From: Chrysemys picta bellii
Lineage: Eukaryota
Reading direction: 5' to 3'
NCBI RefSeq assembly: GCF_011386835.1
Contig: NC_088815.1
Span: 9,052,001-9,116,000 of the forward strand
DNA: 64,000 nt
Part shown: positions 1-13,972 of the stretch, in pieces
Layout: each line of letters starts with the position of its first letter
Position numbering within the stretch: position 1 is the first letter of the stretch
Program-made: the position numbers and the translations under genes
The notes under the pieces: model-generated
Told to the model about the DNA's origin: nothing
The model's database searches: none
Seen by the model: only the letters and a program-made list of their open reading frames with translations

Positions 1-1664
1 GGTAATTGAGACCAGCATCGTCAGGAGTGGAAGCAGTGCAGGTGTGCAGCGTCTGGAAGAAATGGGGGGGGAAGAGAAGTGAGGGGCAGAGTGGGAAATA
101 ATCAATCATCACCTCCGCTCCCTTCCCAGCTTGTGGAATGGAAGGGGGCCGGACTCAGGCTCCGAAGCCCGCTCCCCGCGGAGCCGTGCTGATAGCAGAG
201 GCCCCTGGGAGGACAACATTGCCGGAGTTGGATGCAGCGCTGCAGATTGGCTCCCTGCACACACCTGTATGTGTCAGTTTTGCCTAATCCCTTTCAAATG
301 TCACCAGTCTCCGCTGGGTGCTGGCAGGATGACAGTGTTTTCAGATTCACGAAGCACCCATTTTCTGATTCGTCGCAGGGGGTTGCTTTTAAACAATCGG
401 GGCCTGATTCGGCCCTCGCTTCCGCTGGTAGCTGCGGGAGTTATTCCTGATGTGCACCACTCTTGGGGAGGAGATCAGGCTTTGTCTCTGTTACATGTAC
501 CCACAGAGGAAGGCTTGTGTCAGCATCTCAGGAGCAGGCGGGACTGGGGGAACCATGAAGCTGTCACCGGATGTGCAAAGGTTACCATGTGCCATGTTTA
601 CGGGTGAACGGAAATGTTCGTATGCCATTGCGGTCCTGTGGTGCGCGTCCTCCCCAATGAAAGGGTTAAAACTCAGACCTGGTCTAAGTGGCTGCCACAC
701 TGCGGAGGTCAAGGGAGGCTCTTACTCCCGGGCCAGGCCCTGTGTGTTTGATCAGCCAGGGAAAGCGGATTCTGATGCTATGCGGTTTCTAGCTTAGTGT
801 TCCGTTGGCCAGGTTGCGGCTGTCACTTGATATCTGGGGGTGGCATTTGGTGATGCTCTCTCCGCTGCACACCCTTCAGTTAAGCTCTTATTAAAACTCA
901 GTTTGTTTTTTCCGCCCTGAGAGTTGCCCTTGCTGCAGAGTGGCAAAACTCACTCTGCGTCAGGTGCCAACTTCGCATGTGCAAAGGAACACGTTTGTAA
1001 CTGCCCTGTGTTCAGAGCCCCTTTGTGAGAGCTGGGGAGGGGCTCTCCGTGGTTTGGGGCCGAGAGGAACAGGTACAGAAAGGATTCTGTGGGTGAACAG
1101 TGTTCACTGGATTTATCTTTGCCCACAGCTGGGTGTATCCGCTGGCTTCCCCCTACTCCCCATGGATAGTTCGAGCTTCTTGTTCTTCCCTTTAAGGCTT
1201 TGCATGAAGCCACTTCTGCTTATCTCCCCGCTGAGGTCTCTGGCTACTCCCTGTTGCTCTGATGATGAATCCGCCTGACCACCCCCTTCTCCCACCCTGG
1301 TCTTTGTGCCTACTTCCATGGTCACGCCTGAGGCGTGGATTGATCCAGGTGCCTGGCCCTTCCTCATTCCAATCCCTCCTATCGCCAGGCCCATCAGCGC
1401 TCACGTCTGGCAGTAAAACCCACTGAATCAAAGCCAAAGACATGCTTCAATGCAGGGTCATGCTGGTGGATCAGCATCAGCCGAACAGATAACACGGCTC
1501 ATGCCATCCAGCGAGGCCAGGAAAGCAGCTCACTGCTCTGCTGTCGGTAGCAGTGGCGGCATCCTCGACGGGGAGAGAAACTGAATCCTGAATTTGGGCA
1601 CGGCAGATTAAAACATGCACCCATCTTGCCTTGGAAGATCTATCTGTATATTAAGGTACTTGCT

Positions 1665-1780
1665 TGGTCCTCATCACCATAGTATTTGAGCACCTCACCA
1701 TCTTTATTTATCCTCACAACACCCCTGGGAGGTAGGGAATTGCTATTTCCCATTGTGCATATGGAGAAACTGAGGCACGG
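1665..1780 (-). mobile_element. Ancient CORE/MIR-like SINE fragment (similar fragments near 6280-6410, 7120-7250, 11000-11180, 22990-23130, 60640-60820, 62230-62390)
   Basis: ATCCTCACAACACCCCTGGGAGGTAGG...GGAGAAACTGAGGCAC matches the MIR core motif recurring across the window. Confidence 0.6.
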
Positions 1781-2939
1781 CAGTGCTTGCAGCATGGGTA
1801 GGCATCTTGAGCTAGCTGGATAAAGATAGCAGTGCAGCTGCCGAAGTACAGTCCCACCCAGGACCCTAGATATTGTCCCACAGAGCCAGGTTGCAATATC
1901 CACACAGACCAAGACCATGGAGTCACCGGCTCTAACCATTAGGTAACACTCCCTACATCAGCCCTAGCCCTGACCCCTCTGCACCCAGGCCTTTGACCCA
2001 TCTACATCCTTCCTGCGACCTCTTGGTGAGTCGTGACCCACTGCTTGGGAAGCAACCCTGTCCAAAGTGACTTGGCCACAGACTTTCTGCGTGACCTTGG
2101 GCAAGCGGAGAATTGAACTTCAGTCTTCTGCATCCTAGGAGTGCAACCTAGCCACTAGCCATCCTTCCTCATGGTCACGTTGAAGTGTCAAGGCTCCCAA
2201 CTGCAGGAGAGAGCTCTGAGAGAACTTCAGGTGTCTGGAAGAGACGGGAAAGCAGAGACGGCTGCAGTCTTGGACGCTGCATCTTCAGCCCCTTGACCGT
2301 CACCCCATCCTTCCTCTCGACAGATGCGGAGCCTTGCTCCATTTCCCACCGTCGTGTCACAGAGCGAACTGCACTTTCAGAGGCTGTTGGGGCTTTTTTT
2401 AGAGGTGTTTTCAAACTCCAGCAGAGCTGGAAGCGTGAGTGACAGGAAGGAAATCTAACTTGTGCTGGGGCAAAACTGCCTCTTCCTCTGTCGGCTGATA
2501 AAGCAGCGCCGCGGTGAACAATGGAACGAGGAGGAGGCTTTGCCTGACGGGCTCGTCTGAGCCGGAAAATGTCTCATTCGAGGGAAATCTCCAGTCACTC
2601 GTTAAACGGTAGCGTCTGCCCAATGGGAAGTGAGCCATGCTTCGGGGGGCGGGGGAGCATGTTGAGAGGATAGTAACAGATTAGCAGGAGAGAGGGGTTC
2701 GGCACGGAGGGAAGGCATATGAATTAATTCATTCATTCCCCAAGTCCGGGGTGATGTTGCCAAGTCCCATTTAGAGCCCCCTGGCATGGAGTGATCCTTA
2801 GAACTGGATGAACCAGGAGCAGCACGGCTCTCTGGAGAGATTAGACTGGCACTGGAGAGACCTGAGTTCCTGGCTCTGCAGCCAGCCGGCGGGGTGACCT
2901 GAGGCAGATTGCGCCCTGAGACGCAAGGGAAATGAGCAA

Positions 2940-3610
2940 CAGAAATGAGAAGAGGTTTGGAAAATGTGACCTGTGAGGAAAGGTTGAAAAACTGGGCCTG
3001 TTTGCCAGGGCCACCAAGAGCGGGTTCGGGCCCCGGTGAACATTTTTTTTCGGCCCCCCAGCAAGGGTGGACCAGCTAAACAGGACCGACGAGGGGGGCG
3101 GAGAAGCCGGGCCTGGAATTTTTTCAGGCTCCCCAGCAAGGGCAGACCGGCTAAGCGGGGCCGACGAGAGGTGGGGGAAGATGGGCCCCCTTCCGGCCAC
3201 CGGGCCCCGGTAATTTGTACTGGCTTCCCCCCCCATCCCCCCTTGTCGGCCCTGCTGTTCGCTCTAGGGAAGAGAAGGCCGGGGACGGACGGACATGGTT
3301 AATATGTAAAAGGTTGCTATAGAGAGGACGGTGACCAATTGTCCTCTGTGTCCACTGAGGGTAGGACAAGAGGGTGTCACCTTAGTTTGCAGCAGGAGAG
3401 ACAGGTTGGATATGAAGGTAAACTTCTAACTCCGAGGGTTGTTAAGCTCTGGAACAGGTGACCTAGAGGGGTGGTGGAAGTGTTTAAGAAGAGCTTGGAC
3501 TAATAACCCCTGTCAGGGATGGTCTAGGTTTACTTGGTCCTGGCTCAGCGTGGAGGGACTGGACTAGATGACTTCTCAAGGGCCCTTCCAGCCCTCCATT
3601 GTAACGATTC
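2940..3610 (+). mobile_element. Old 5'-truncated CR1 LINE 3' end, interrupted by a MITE
   Basis: Degenerate ORF2 C-terminus (GAGGAAAGGTTGAAAAACTGGGCCTGTT...GAAGAGAAGG) and a CR1 3' UTR ending GGCCCTTCCAGCCCT. Confidence 0.7.
3006..3254. mobile_element. hAT-type MITE
   Basis: Termini CAGGGCC / GGCCCTG; 8-bp flanks CTGTTTGC / CTGTTCGC (7/8 match); nested in the CR1. Confidence 0.7.
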
Positions 3611-5408
3611 CATTCCTCCCCGTCTAAAGTGCTTTGAGATCTGTGGCTGAACAGAGCTATGTAAGAGCCAGGCATTGTTAAATTAATAATGCGAGGGAGT
3701 GTTGTGTGGTGTCTGTTACCATGGTTGCTTACAGGGCTGTATGGGTGTTGCAGGCTCTTTAGAGAAGGTTCCCTTTGCTGGGCATTTCCTTGTTTTTAAA
3801 GGATTGTGTGGGTGGAGGTTGTACTTGGTCAACCTCAGCTGACAAAGGTTTGGGGTGTGGGAATTTCTATTTATACGGGTGCCTTTCATGATCCCAAGGC
3901 GCTTTGCAAACTGCAGGCACACAGCAGCATTGAAATGCAGCCACTTCTGGGGTGAAGCCACCGGCAGGACGGATAAGACATCAACAGGTTGGAAGGAGCA
4001 GAAATTTTGGGCGAGGACAGGGAGGCAAAGCCTTACTCTCCCAGAAAAGACCCTGGGAAGTGTAATGTCTGTGCAGAGCAGAGAGGATCACAGCTGGTAA
4101 GGTCGCATGCTCTAAAATGTGCCAGATTCATTTTCTCTTCTGTCACTTGTGTTCAGTTCTGCAGCCTGTGCTCTGCAGGAAGTCAAGCTAGATTATCAAA
4201 ATGGTCCCTTTCAGAGCTCAGCGTCAGTTTGCTCTGAAAGGACAAATGGATAAGTCAGCCCCACGTCTTTTAGGCCAAGGCCTTGAGCTGTGACCAAGGA
4301 TTTTGGAAGCCCCAGTTTTTTGGGGGTGCTCGGTTTGAGATACCATAAAGGGGCCTGATTTTTCCAAAGTTCTGGGCACTTCCAGCTCCAGAGAAAGTCA
4401 GTGGGAGCTGGGGATGCCCAGCGTGCCTCAAATTATTCCTCTCCCAAACCGGGGACTGCTCTGGAAAACTAGGGCCGTACGGTTTCTGGGTCTCAGTTCT
4501 GCCATCTGTGAAATGGGGATCAGGCCAGCGTAAGGCGGCTTCCACCATAGAGAAATAGCTGCCTAGCCAACCTTCTCCCCACTGCCATCTCTCCTAAGGC
4601 AGGCGCTCCGAGCTGTCACGTCACTACGCTTGCTCGCCCAACATGGGTCGTCGGTCTTTGGAAAGATCCCTGGATGAAAAGACACTGGCAGACAGCGGAG
4701 CTGCCCTACCAGTGCCACAGCCACAGCAAAGCTAACTGCAGCCTCCCACGAGCAGGGGAAGTTAACTTTCTGAAATGCAGGTGCTAAATCATAGCCCCCG
4801 TACTGCCGCCCACGCCCCTGATCGAGCGGCTCGGTTTCTCTCCCCCTTGCTTTCTCCTCTCTCGCAAGCGGCCTCTCTCGATACCAACTTATCTCTCGTC
4901 TGCCTGTCGGGCAGAAAACAAGCCTGTCCTGTTAGGAGGATGCCTGCAGCTTCAGCATTGCAGGCTGTATTTTTTCCATTTCTTTATTAGTAAAGAGAGA
5001 GCCCTCAGCTCCCGACTCACGCTGTTAAAATCAATGTTTTCACATAAAAGGAAATACTTGCAAACCTTTGTGTTTCCAAAGGGCTGTAAATAACGCGGCG
5101 TGGAACATCTTGCAACAGTACCAGTTTTGACTGCTCTATTACTGCTCACTTAATTTATACCCTCCTTAAGCCTGGGCCAGCCTTTCCGTGAATGCCCCCT
5201 ATTTGCAGGGGTTTAGAACTTGCAATGGAAAATTCCCGGCGGGCTGGAGCTCGGTGCGCTGGCTCCCACCGGCACCTTTGTCATCCGACCTGAGGCAGCT
5301 CTCCTGCTTAGCTGTATTGCTACCAGTTGAGGAACTGATTCAGAGTCACCAGTTCTATTAGTTGGACTGTTGTTCCAATGTAAACCCTAGGATGACAATG
5401 ATCTTGTA

Positions 5409-5977
5409 CCAGCAGATCGAGGGACGTGATCATTCCCCTCTATTCGGCAGTGGTGAGGCCTCATCTGGAGTACTGGGTCCAGTTTTGGGCCCCACACTAC
5501 AAGAAGGATGTGGAAAAATTGGAAAGAGTCCAGCGGAGGGCAACAAAAATGTTTAGGGGGCTGGAGCCACATGACTTATGAGGAGAGGCTGAGGGAGCTG
5601 GGATTATTTAGTCTGCAAAAGAGAAGAATGGGCGGGGCGGAGGGGGGATTTGGTAGCAGCCTTCAACTACTTGAAAGGGGGTTCCAAAGAGGATGGATCT
5701 AGATTGTTCTCAGTGGTGGCAGATGACAGAACAAGGAGTAATGGTCTCAAGTTGCAGGGGGGGGGAGGTCTAGGTTGGATATTAGGAAACACTATTTCAC
5801 TAGGAGGGTGGTGAAGCACTGGAATGGGTTCCCTATGGAGGTGATGGAATCTCCTTCCTTAGAGGTTTTTAAGGTCAGGCTTGACAAAGCCCTGGCTGGG
5901 ATGATTTAGTTGGGGATTGGTCCTGCTTTGAGCAGGGGGTTGGACTAGATGGAGTTCCAACCCTGATATTCTATGAA
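5409..5977 (+). mobile_element. 5'-truncated CR1 LINE
   Basis: Frameshifted ORF2 tail (GTGAGGCCTCATCTGGAGTACTG...ATGACTTATGAGGAGAGGCTGAGGGAGCTGGG) and an ATTCTATG terminus. Confidence 0.9.
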
Positions 5978-8476
5978 TGGTCTAAAGCACCTTCCACTGG
6001 ATGATCTCAAAGCACTTTATAAACCTGAGCTCACTATCTTCCCCTCATGTCAAGTAGGTAAGTATTTAGTCCCAATTTACAGATGAAGAAACTGATGCAT
6101 GTTGAAATGAAGTGACTGGCCCCTGGTCACCCAAGGAATGTACGGCAGAGCTAGGAATGGAATCACGGTCCCCCTAACTCCATATTCAGTGCTTTAACCG
6201 CTAGACTATGCTCCCTCCTTTAATCACAATCTCTGTTATTGTGCTACAAACAGCAGTATGCCCCATGTAGAGGTCACAGGACTAGGAAGCAGGAGACCTG
6301 GTTTCAATTCCTACCACGCACCTTGTGCCACTCTGCCTCAGTTTCCCCATCTGTAAAATTGGGATAATGATACTGCCCTCCTTTATAAAGGGTTTGGCGA
6401 TCCACAGTTTAGAGTTAGGATTTATAATCCATAGCACCTGTGTCCTCATTCCCTGCCCCTGTTTGAATGACTCCATTTCCACCGACCAGTAAAGCCATCT
6501 TAACCCCAGTTTTGATGTTACTCAAAACATTTGAGAGGTGCGTTTTCAGCAAGGGCTAGTGATTCTGGGGGCCACCTGGAGACCCCTTAAAGGGGCCTGA
6601 CTTTCAGAGAGCAAGTGCCGAAAGCTTAAAGTACAAATATTAAAGAGCATGATTCCGGAGGGTAAAGGTTTGAAACTGGATTATTTAGGAAAGGGAGACA
6701 CTGAAAATGCTTCAGAGCAATCGACTTATTAATGGCTTCACCCCAGTGGCCTGGATTACCTTCCCATCCCATATGATCTGTATTATCATAGTGCCTGGGG
6801 AGTGCTTCTCATTGACCAGGACTCATTTGTGCTAGGAGCTGTACAAACATATACAGCCTCTTATGTGGTGTGCCTCATATACACGCAATGGCTGAGCCCG
6901 CTGAGGCCAAAGCCCCAGAATGACTTCCCTCTCAGCAGAGCTTCCCCGAAGCCAGTGCTGTAATTTTTGTCCATCAGGTCAACGCAGTGAAACACATTTT
7001 TATTTATTGTGTTACAACAGCAGCTAGACCCTCCAACCAAGATCAAGGCCCCGCTGTGCTAGGTGCTGTAGTGGCAGTCTCTGTCTCTTACAGAGTCTTA
7101 GTCTCTTACAACCTAAACAGACAAGGGGTGGGCAAAAGGAAGGATTGTTACCCATATTTGACCAATGGGGAAACTGAGGCACCAAGCAAGTCAATGACTT
7201 GCCCGCGGTCACAGAGCTGGGACTTAAACACAGATCTCTTGAGCCAATGAAAGCGCCAAACCAAATTTGTTCAAATTCAGCGTAAACAGGTCCCACCATA
7301 TGCAAACAGTTGCATCACCAACCTGCTTCTCTTTCCCAGCTGTCCTAACATGAGAGCTTGTAGTTATCCTGGTCTGCAGTGTGTTGCTGTTCCAGGCAGG
7401 ATGAAGCCCAGCACCTGTGTTGCTTCATTCACTTGTTTCGGTCTCTAACACAATCACTGGCTAAGTGGCTCGGTTTGTGTGCTTGAGTCCTAGGCAGGTC
7501 TTGTCTGTCTCTAGGTCTTTCTCTTGCCTGAATTGCTGCATTCATCTGTGTGCAGCTTTCAGCTAAGCTGATAACCTTGCTTATGAGCGCCTCACTTCTT
7601 TCTTCCTTGGCGGGTTTGCAGGAATCAAATTCCCCTCACGCAGCGCCGGTGGGGCGCGGCAGGAGAATCGGTCCCTGAGTAATGGTGAGCGCAGGTTATC
7701 ATCCAGCCAGGAAACTGAATGGGTTCCAGAATCCAAACTCTGGCATAGCAGGGAGCCGGAGAAATAGAGTGCTTTGATGTACTTTGACAAACACAAAAGG
7801 AAACCAGCAGGAGTGCTGCTCTCTGGCATGTTGCAGGGACTGAACAAAATTATATCCGCAAACGTGGCTTATAATGCTATCCGCTCTCTGGGCGCGAGCT
7901 GTGCTGTGCTAAAGGGCCGCTCACCTGCCACACGACCAACAAATGGCACGTGGGTCTCCCCCTCAAAGAAACGAGCCAGATTTTAAGGCGGGCACGTTAA
8001 AATGGGTGCTAAGTCTTATTCTGCGTAGGTAGCAATACAGATCCCAGGTGGGAAGACAGTAATGTAGGTCTAATGGGCCTTTCCAATGTACGCAGTGCAT
8101 CGACCTTCCTTTGATGTTTAGGGGATTTTATTCCACAGTAATACCTAGCCACTAAATTACACCTGATCTCAGAAAGGGGGAAAGAACCCAGGAGTCTTGG
8201 GTCCTAGTCTCCTACTCTGTAAACCACGTGCCCTCCTAAAGCGGAGTACAGACCCCAGGCGTCCTGATGCTCAGTCCCTGCCTGTTCTGCCCACTAGACC
8301 CTCCTCCTATCCCAAAACTGGAATAAAATGCAGGAGGCCAGATTCCCACCTTCCTCTGCTCTTAGCCCAAGATGCTTTTGTGTGTGTGCACACCTGGGCC
8401 AGGAGGGGAGGGATCATTACTCCAGGGCAAGGGTTGAATCACATGGTCCTGTTTTTTTTCCTCCCTTCCAGAGAAG

Positions 8477-9037
8477 ATGGACACCTTCAGCACCAAGAAC
8501 TTGGTTCTGCAAGCTCAGAAAAAGCTGCTGAGCAAGATGGCCTCCAAGACCATGGCGAACATCTTCATTGATGACACCAGCAGCGAGGTTCTGGACGAGC
8601 TGTACCGTGTCACCAAGGAATTCACCCACAACCGCAAGGAGGCCCAGAAGATCATCAAGAACCTGATCAAGATCGTCATGAAGTTGGGGGTACTGTACCG
8701 CAATCGGCAGTTCAGCGCCGATGAGCTGCGGCTGATGGAGCACTTCCGCAAGAAAGTGCACACCCTGGCTATGACCGCCGTCAGCTTCTACCAGATAGAC
8801 TTCACCTTTGACCGCAGGGTCATGTCCAGCGTGCTGAACGAGTGCCGCGACCTGCTCCACCAGGCCGTCAACACCCACCTGACGGCCAAGTCCCACTCCA
8901 GGATCAATCACGTCTTCAACCACTTTGCGGACTACGAGTTCCTGTCGGCGCTGTATGGACCTTCTGAACCCTACCGCACCCACCTGCAGAGGATCTGCGA
9001 AGGGGTCAACAAAATGCTGGATGAGGACAACATATGA
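8477..9037 (+). CDS. TNFAIP8L1: TNF alpha-induced protein 8-like 1 (TIPE1), single coding exon, 186 aa
   Basis: [27 protein letters not shown]...[38 protein letters not shown] is a TIPE-family sequence. A pyrimidine tract and AG acceptor (8470-8471) precede the ATG. Adjacent to MYDGF, as in human. Confidence 0.95.
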   Translation: MDTFSTKNLVLQAQKKLLSKMASKTMANIFIDDTSSEVLDELYRVTKEFTHNRKEAQKIIKNLIKIVMKLGVLYRNRQFSADELRLMEHFRKKVHTLAMTAVSFYQIDFTFDRRVMSSVLNECRDLLHQAVNTHLTAKSHSRINHVFNHFADYEFLSALYGPSEPYRTHLQRICEGVNKMLDEDNI

Positions 9038-10573
9038 ACCAGCAAAGACAAGGCCTGAGAGCAAATGTTTGGCTCTTTGCCGGACTCTCCAGGCTGCATT
9101 CTGGTAGCCGTGAATTCAACGGCAAGACGTCTGTTGTTCTCAGTGGGGTCAGGCCTTCTCACTTGCTCTTTCTCCACGTTGCAAAACGTCTTGCTCTTTC
9201 CTTTTTTTCTCATGAAGACCAAGGACCCTTCACTTTCTGTCTAAATGAGGTTGCAAGCTGCTGCTGGTCTTAGTAGCCGGAATCTCTTCACCTCACTTTA
9301 GCTCCCTAATGAAATTAAAATGAGACAAAGCAGCTTCCGTCTCTACCCTACTGGGGCACAACCACACCGAAGGCGGGGTTGTTTGTATGAGTGAAACTGG
9401 AGAAAATGCTCTTTTTTGCACTGGCTTGAGATCTCCGCTTTGGAACCCAATCCAGTGTCTATAACCCATCAGAGGCCAAGCCCCACCGCCCATACCCACT
9501 GTACGTGAGCTCTCTGTTTAAAGGTCCTTGGTCTCACTGTATATATTTTTATCCACCAAGTGCTCTTAAACCCACAATTCAGAGTCCAAGGTGTCCTGCT
9601 GGAGCAAAACCTCTCTCACTTCTAAATCTATTTTCATTCGGGTGAGGGGGGAAACCCACTACGTCTTGTGTGTAGCTTTTTTTTTCTTGGTTAAGATTAA
9701 TTCAAGCAGAGAGCATAGAGGAGTGGTTCAGGTGTCCTGCCACTGCCAAGATATAAGGCTGTCTATCCTGAAGTTCAACCATGTTGGCTGGGTTTAAACA
9801 CAGTTTCCCTGGGCAGCGTAGAAAAGGATGAGCCATATTCTAAATGCTTTACAAATCCACGCTATGGTCTAGCACCCCTAGGCCAGGGAAAGTGCATTAG
9901 CACCTTGCAAGCAAGAATTGGGTTGTGGTGTTTACCTCACTATTGTCTCCTGGGAGGCCAAGATATGGAGAGTGGGAGGATCTCACATAGGGATGGACCC
10001 TGCTTGGATGGATCACCCCACAAGTAGAGTCCTGCATGGATACAAAATTGGTATCCACATCCGCAAATATGGTCTGCGGATATAAAGTGGATTTCTACAG
10101 ATTTGCAGGGCTATACCCACCGGGTCCCAGGATGGGGAGGGACCCTTGAATGGGGGAGAGGCTGCAATGAGGATGGTCAGGTTTAGACACTGTTGTTGTG
10201 GTTTGAAGCTTAACACAGGTCAGGCCTAAACTAGGGGCTGGAGCAAGAAGTGGTCATGCTCCAGGTACCACTTGCCCCTCCTGACTGTTGCCCAATGGCT
10301 ACTTTGGGCCAGTTACGGAGGCAGCCTCTCCCTTCTGACTGAGAATGGTGGAGCATTATTTTCTGACCATGTTCCTTTCCCATAGGGGAAAAGAGGAGAC
10401 TGTATTTTCAAACCAAATAGCAAATGTGCACTTTCCTCCTCCGCCTCTGAAATCTGAACTGAATTTCTCTGTCATCACCCTCTCCGGCTGATTATATCAA
10501 TGTAATTGTTTAGATTTGGTCCTCTGGGACTTTCCCTAGTATGTCGTAGGTTGGAAACAACGTCTTAGATTCC

Positions 10574-10618
10574 AATAAATTAAAAAAAAAAAAAATGTAG
10601 CCCTGGTGAATAAATAAA
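10574..10618 (+). terminator. Clustered AATAAA polyadenylation signals, probable TNFAIP8L1 3' end
   Basis: AATAAA at 10574-10579, 10609-10614 and 10613-10618, about 1.55 kb after the stop codon. Confidence 0.5.
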
Positions 10619-13170
10619 GTTGCATCTTCCACCTGAGCACAGTACAGGGTTTGGTTACCAATTCTGTAAGTAACCAGGGTGCATTGCTGGCAGATCCTCG
10701 CTTTGCTTTTGCTTTTTAAGCAGAAGTACTAGCCTAAGACCTCTCCTTTGGCACCAGGGTTCTGCCCAGGAAAGCGGAGATGCAGAACTATGTTCCAGCA
10801 CCTTGAGGTGCTGGGGCACCTAGAGATCCTACCCATGTTCATGTGAGTGGAGAGCATTTAACCCCGTGCAGGGCTGGGCCTCTGGGGAGCAGGAGCTCAG
10901 ATTAGGCACTTGTTGTGTCCCCTCTGACAGCCCCCGCTATTTAGAATGTGTGCGACTCTGAACCACAGCCCTGCTCACTAATCCCAATCTTTTACCTAGC
11001 GCCTTTCAAAGTGCTTTCTAAAGGACATCAGTAGCATTGTCTCCATTTTATGGATAGGGAAACCGAGGCACAGAACTGGGAGGTGAATTGTCCAAGGTCA
11101 CCAACTGAGCTGGGAACAGAACCCAGCTCTCCTGAGTTGCAGGCAAGTGTTCTGTTCACTAAGCCACACTGTTTCCAGTTAAGGACGATGGTGCTCCAGC
11201 CCTTAACCATCCACTTTTGTCCACAGAGCAGGTACAAGGTGGGCAGTGGCTGGGCAAGCTTCCCTCCCCCCCACCTCAACCCTGATCGGGAGGGGCCATT
11301 TCTAGAGGGTGAGAAGGTAGTTGGGTCTTCACCCCCTGCTAACTTGGTGCCAGGAGGGGTCAATTGTGGTCATCACCTATTTAGTGGGAATTAGCCCCGA
11401 GACCAGTTTGTTGGGCATAGGCCATTGCACCACCATCAATTAGGTGATTCCATAATCCCATTGGCCAGCCATTCGAATCATCCAGCCACCGTTCTTTTAA
11501 ATAAAGTTTGACGGCTTTACTCTACTGCCACCATTCAACCAGGGGCCGGCCTTCAAAGGCGAATGAGAACACTTGAGCCGGGGGTGTTGGTTCTCCTTCG
11601 GCACACAAACCCAAGTGCTGTGTTCTGCAGCCGCGTTACCAGAGGGCCGGGGCCGTGCCCCGGATAAAGCCGCTCTTTGGCTTCTCACTCTTTTAAGAAT
11701 GAACTGAAAGGCAGGGTGTGAACGAGACCGTGGTCTGAACCGGATGCCACCCTCCAGGGCCTGTCTTCAGCTCTCTGATCTCTGCATTGTGCTTGGAAAA
11801 TGGTCCTTTAAGCAGAGCAACTGTTTCACAAAGGCAGCCTTGCCTTATCTCGGTGACTTCCTTGGGCCTCCTATTCCGAGGGATGTCTCCAGCGCAGCAG
11901 CTCACTAATGCTACCCCTGTAGATTTAGAGCAGCTTGGTATCAGAATAAACACCTTTTCTGCTGCTGGTTCGAGGCACTGATACATTTCAGGCTTTTAAA
12001 ATTGCAAAGCCCCAGCCTCCTGTGTTTAATTTGGCTTATTCTGAACTCTCGCAGCTAATTTAATTGTGCAAGGCAGCTGGGGATGCAGGGGAAAGGAGTG
12101 GCTACAGGTGCGTGACTATAAGAAAGCCCAGCGGCATGGTGTGTACGGCAGCTCTTCACCTCTGGGGCTCGCAGCTGTAAAAGTTTGCAAGCGGAGGTTT
12201 AATCTCTATTACTTTACCATCCTGCGCCTGTCAATCTGTGCTGACGAGAAGCCCAGGCCTGGAACAGCCTGTCGATAGCCAGCTGGCGTCTTGGCAGATG
12301 TGCCGAGAGAAACCGAAGCGGAACCGGTCTGATTGATGCGGCAGCAAAGGGCTGGAACGCTGACAGAAAAATGCTTTACTGCTCTATTCTCAGCACCATT
12401 TGAGATTATGTGGAACATCTCTGTGGGGAAAAGTTCTCTGGACTCGGCAAGAGTCCTCAATCATGAGTCATTGGTACGACAGTGCATGATGTAGCATACC
12501 TCAGAACTCACCAGGAACGTGTCTATATAGCAACTGTACAAGGAGGGTCCCTCAGAGATGGGCCTTGCCTGGAACTTCCCTTTTTCCCTCACTCGACCTC
12601 CCCAAAAATCTTCCTCTTTCTGTCTTTATGAGAGCTACGAGTTCTCAGCATCTCCGGAAATCCAGTAGGCTTCTAAAAATCTCAGTACAAGACACAACAG
12701 ACTTCCGAAAAACACGTAGACTCTACAGAGTGTAGGTTAACCAGTCCCTAACTACTGTCCAACACACAAGTGACCCAGCAACAGCTACTGGGAGAATGGG
12801 ACAAACTCATAGATTTAGTGTTGTCTTTGCACCATGGCTGGGGACTACACTAGATGATGAAATGTCTGATACAGCTTCTGGCAGGAGGATGGATTCAATG
12901 TTGCAACAGATCCTTTGCATCCCTAACTTCTAGGTTCCTCAAGCATAGGCCATGGGTTATCTCCCTGAAGTGGCCTTTGTCTTATGACATGTCAACCTCC
13001 CAACCAAGGAGACCCAGTCTGAGGCTTTGCAGGTGTCTGCTGATTGGATGTCAAACTGAAGAGCAAAGGCTATTCCACACTCCGGGCTCCCAATCATAGA
13101 GACGGTAAGAAGCTGGAACAGCCAGAGTGACCAGTCTAAGCGAACTTGGAGACAAGATGCTTTGCTTAAT

Positions 13171-13176
13171 TTTATT
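13171..13176 (-). terminator. Candidate MYDGF polyadenylation signal
   Basis: TTTATT on + (AATAAA on -), about 800 nt downstream of the MYDGF stop. Confidence 0.4.
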
Positions 13177-13972
13177 TTTTTATATACAGATGAAGGGAAT
13201 TCTGGATTCCTTCACAGTTATTAGACTAAATAAGAAAATCACTTCAGTATATACGAAAATAGTCCCGGAACTGTATTGAATAATGGATGCCTCGTTGGAT
13301 GGATTTCTGTGTGGTATCAGAATAAACAAGGCCTGTGTGGACCCCACAGTTCTGCTTTTCTTATGCCAAGGTGCCAAATTCTGATCTGGGCAGTAGGGCA
13401 GAGTTTCCTCCTCAACTCACCAAATGCTGCTCGGTGGTGACTATTGACCAGATAGGACAGTGAATGGGTTTGGCCGGTTCCGTGCCCCCCCCTACTACCC
13501 GTTTAATGGGTTCTTCCTGTCACGCTTCTGGGCAGAAACCCTATTCCCTCTCCAGAGACTAGAGAGTTAACTACTTTCCTTTAGCAAACCTTGTTAAAAT
13601 CCTGCTCCTTATCTTTCCGCATTGCTCTGCTTAGCAAGGAAGATAAGGAGACACAGCTAGAGGAGAGCTTTACCCTATTCAGCTGATCACTGAAGCAGAA
13701 AGCAGGCAACAGAATGGCTGGCTACAGATCAAGAATCTCAGAGGAAGTCTCCAGCTGCAAAGGCTTCCAGCATCTCAGGCACCTGGTTACTCTGACACAA
13801 GACAGAGGGTATCTGTCTTAACACCGCCGAGTCCAGTTCAGAGCGGACCCCAATATACTGCTATGTGGGAAACAGGAAAGAACACCCTAGACAACCAGCA
13901 ATTAAGAAAAAGTCCCCTTTATCCACCACGCTTCTCCAGCCGAGAGACAAGCCCCTTCCCTAGGTCCCCGGA

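Noticed and set aside
588-1000. Possible solo LTR
   Set aside because: ATTAAA and TG...CA ends can be picked out, but there is no TSD or second copy in the window.
8417-9064. 215-aa ORF antisense to TNFAIP8L1
   Set aside because: It mirrors a GC3-rich coding exon almost exactly and resembles no known protein; a shadow ORF.
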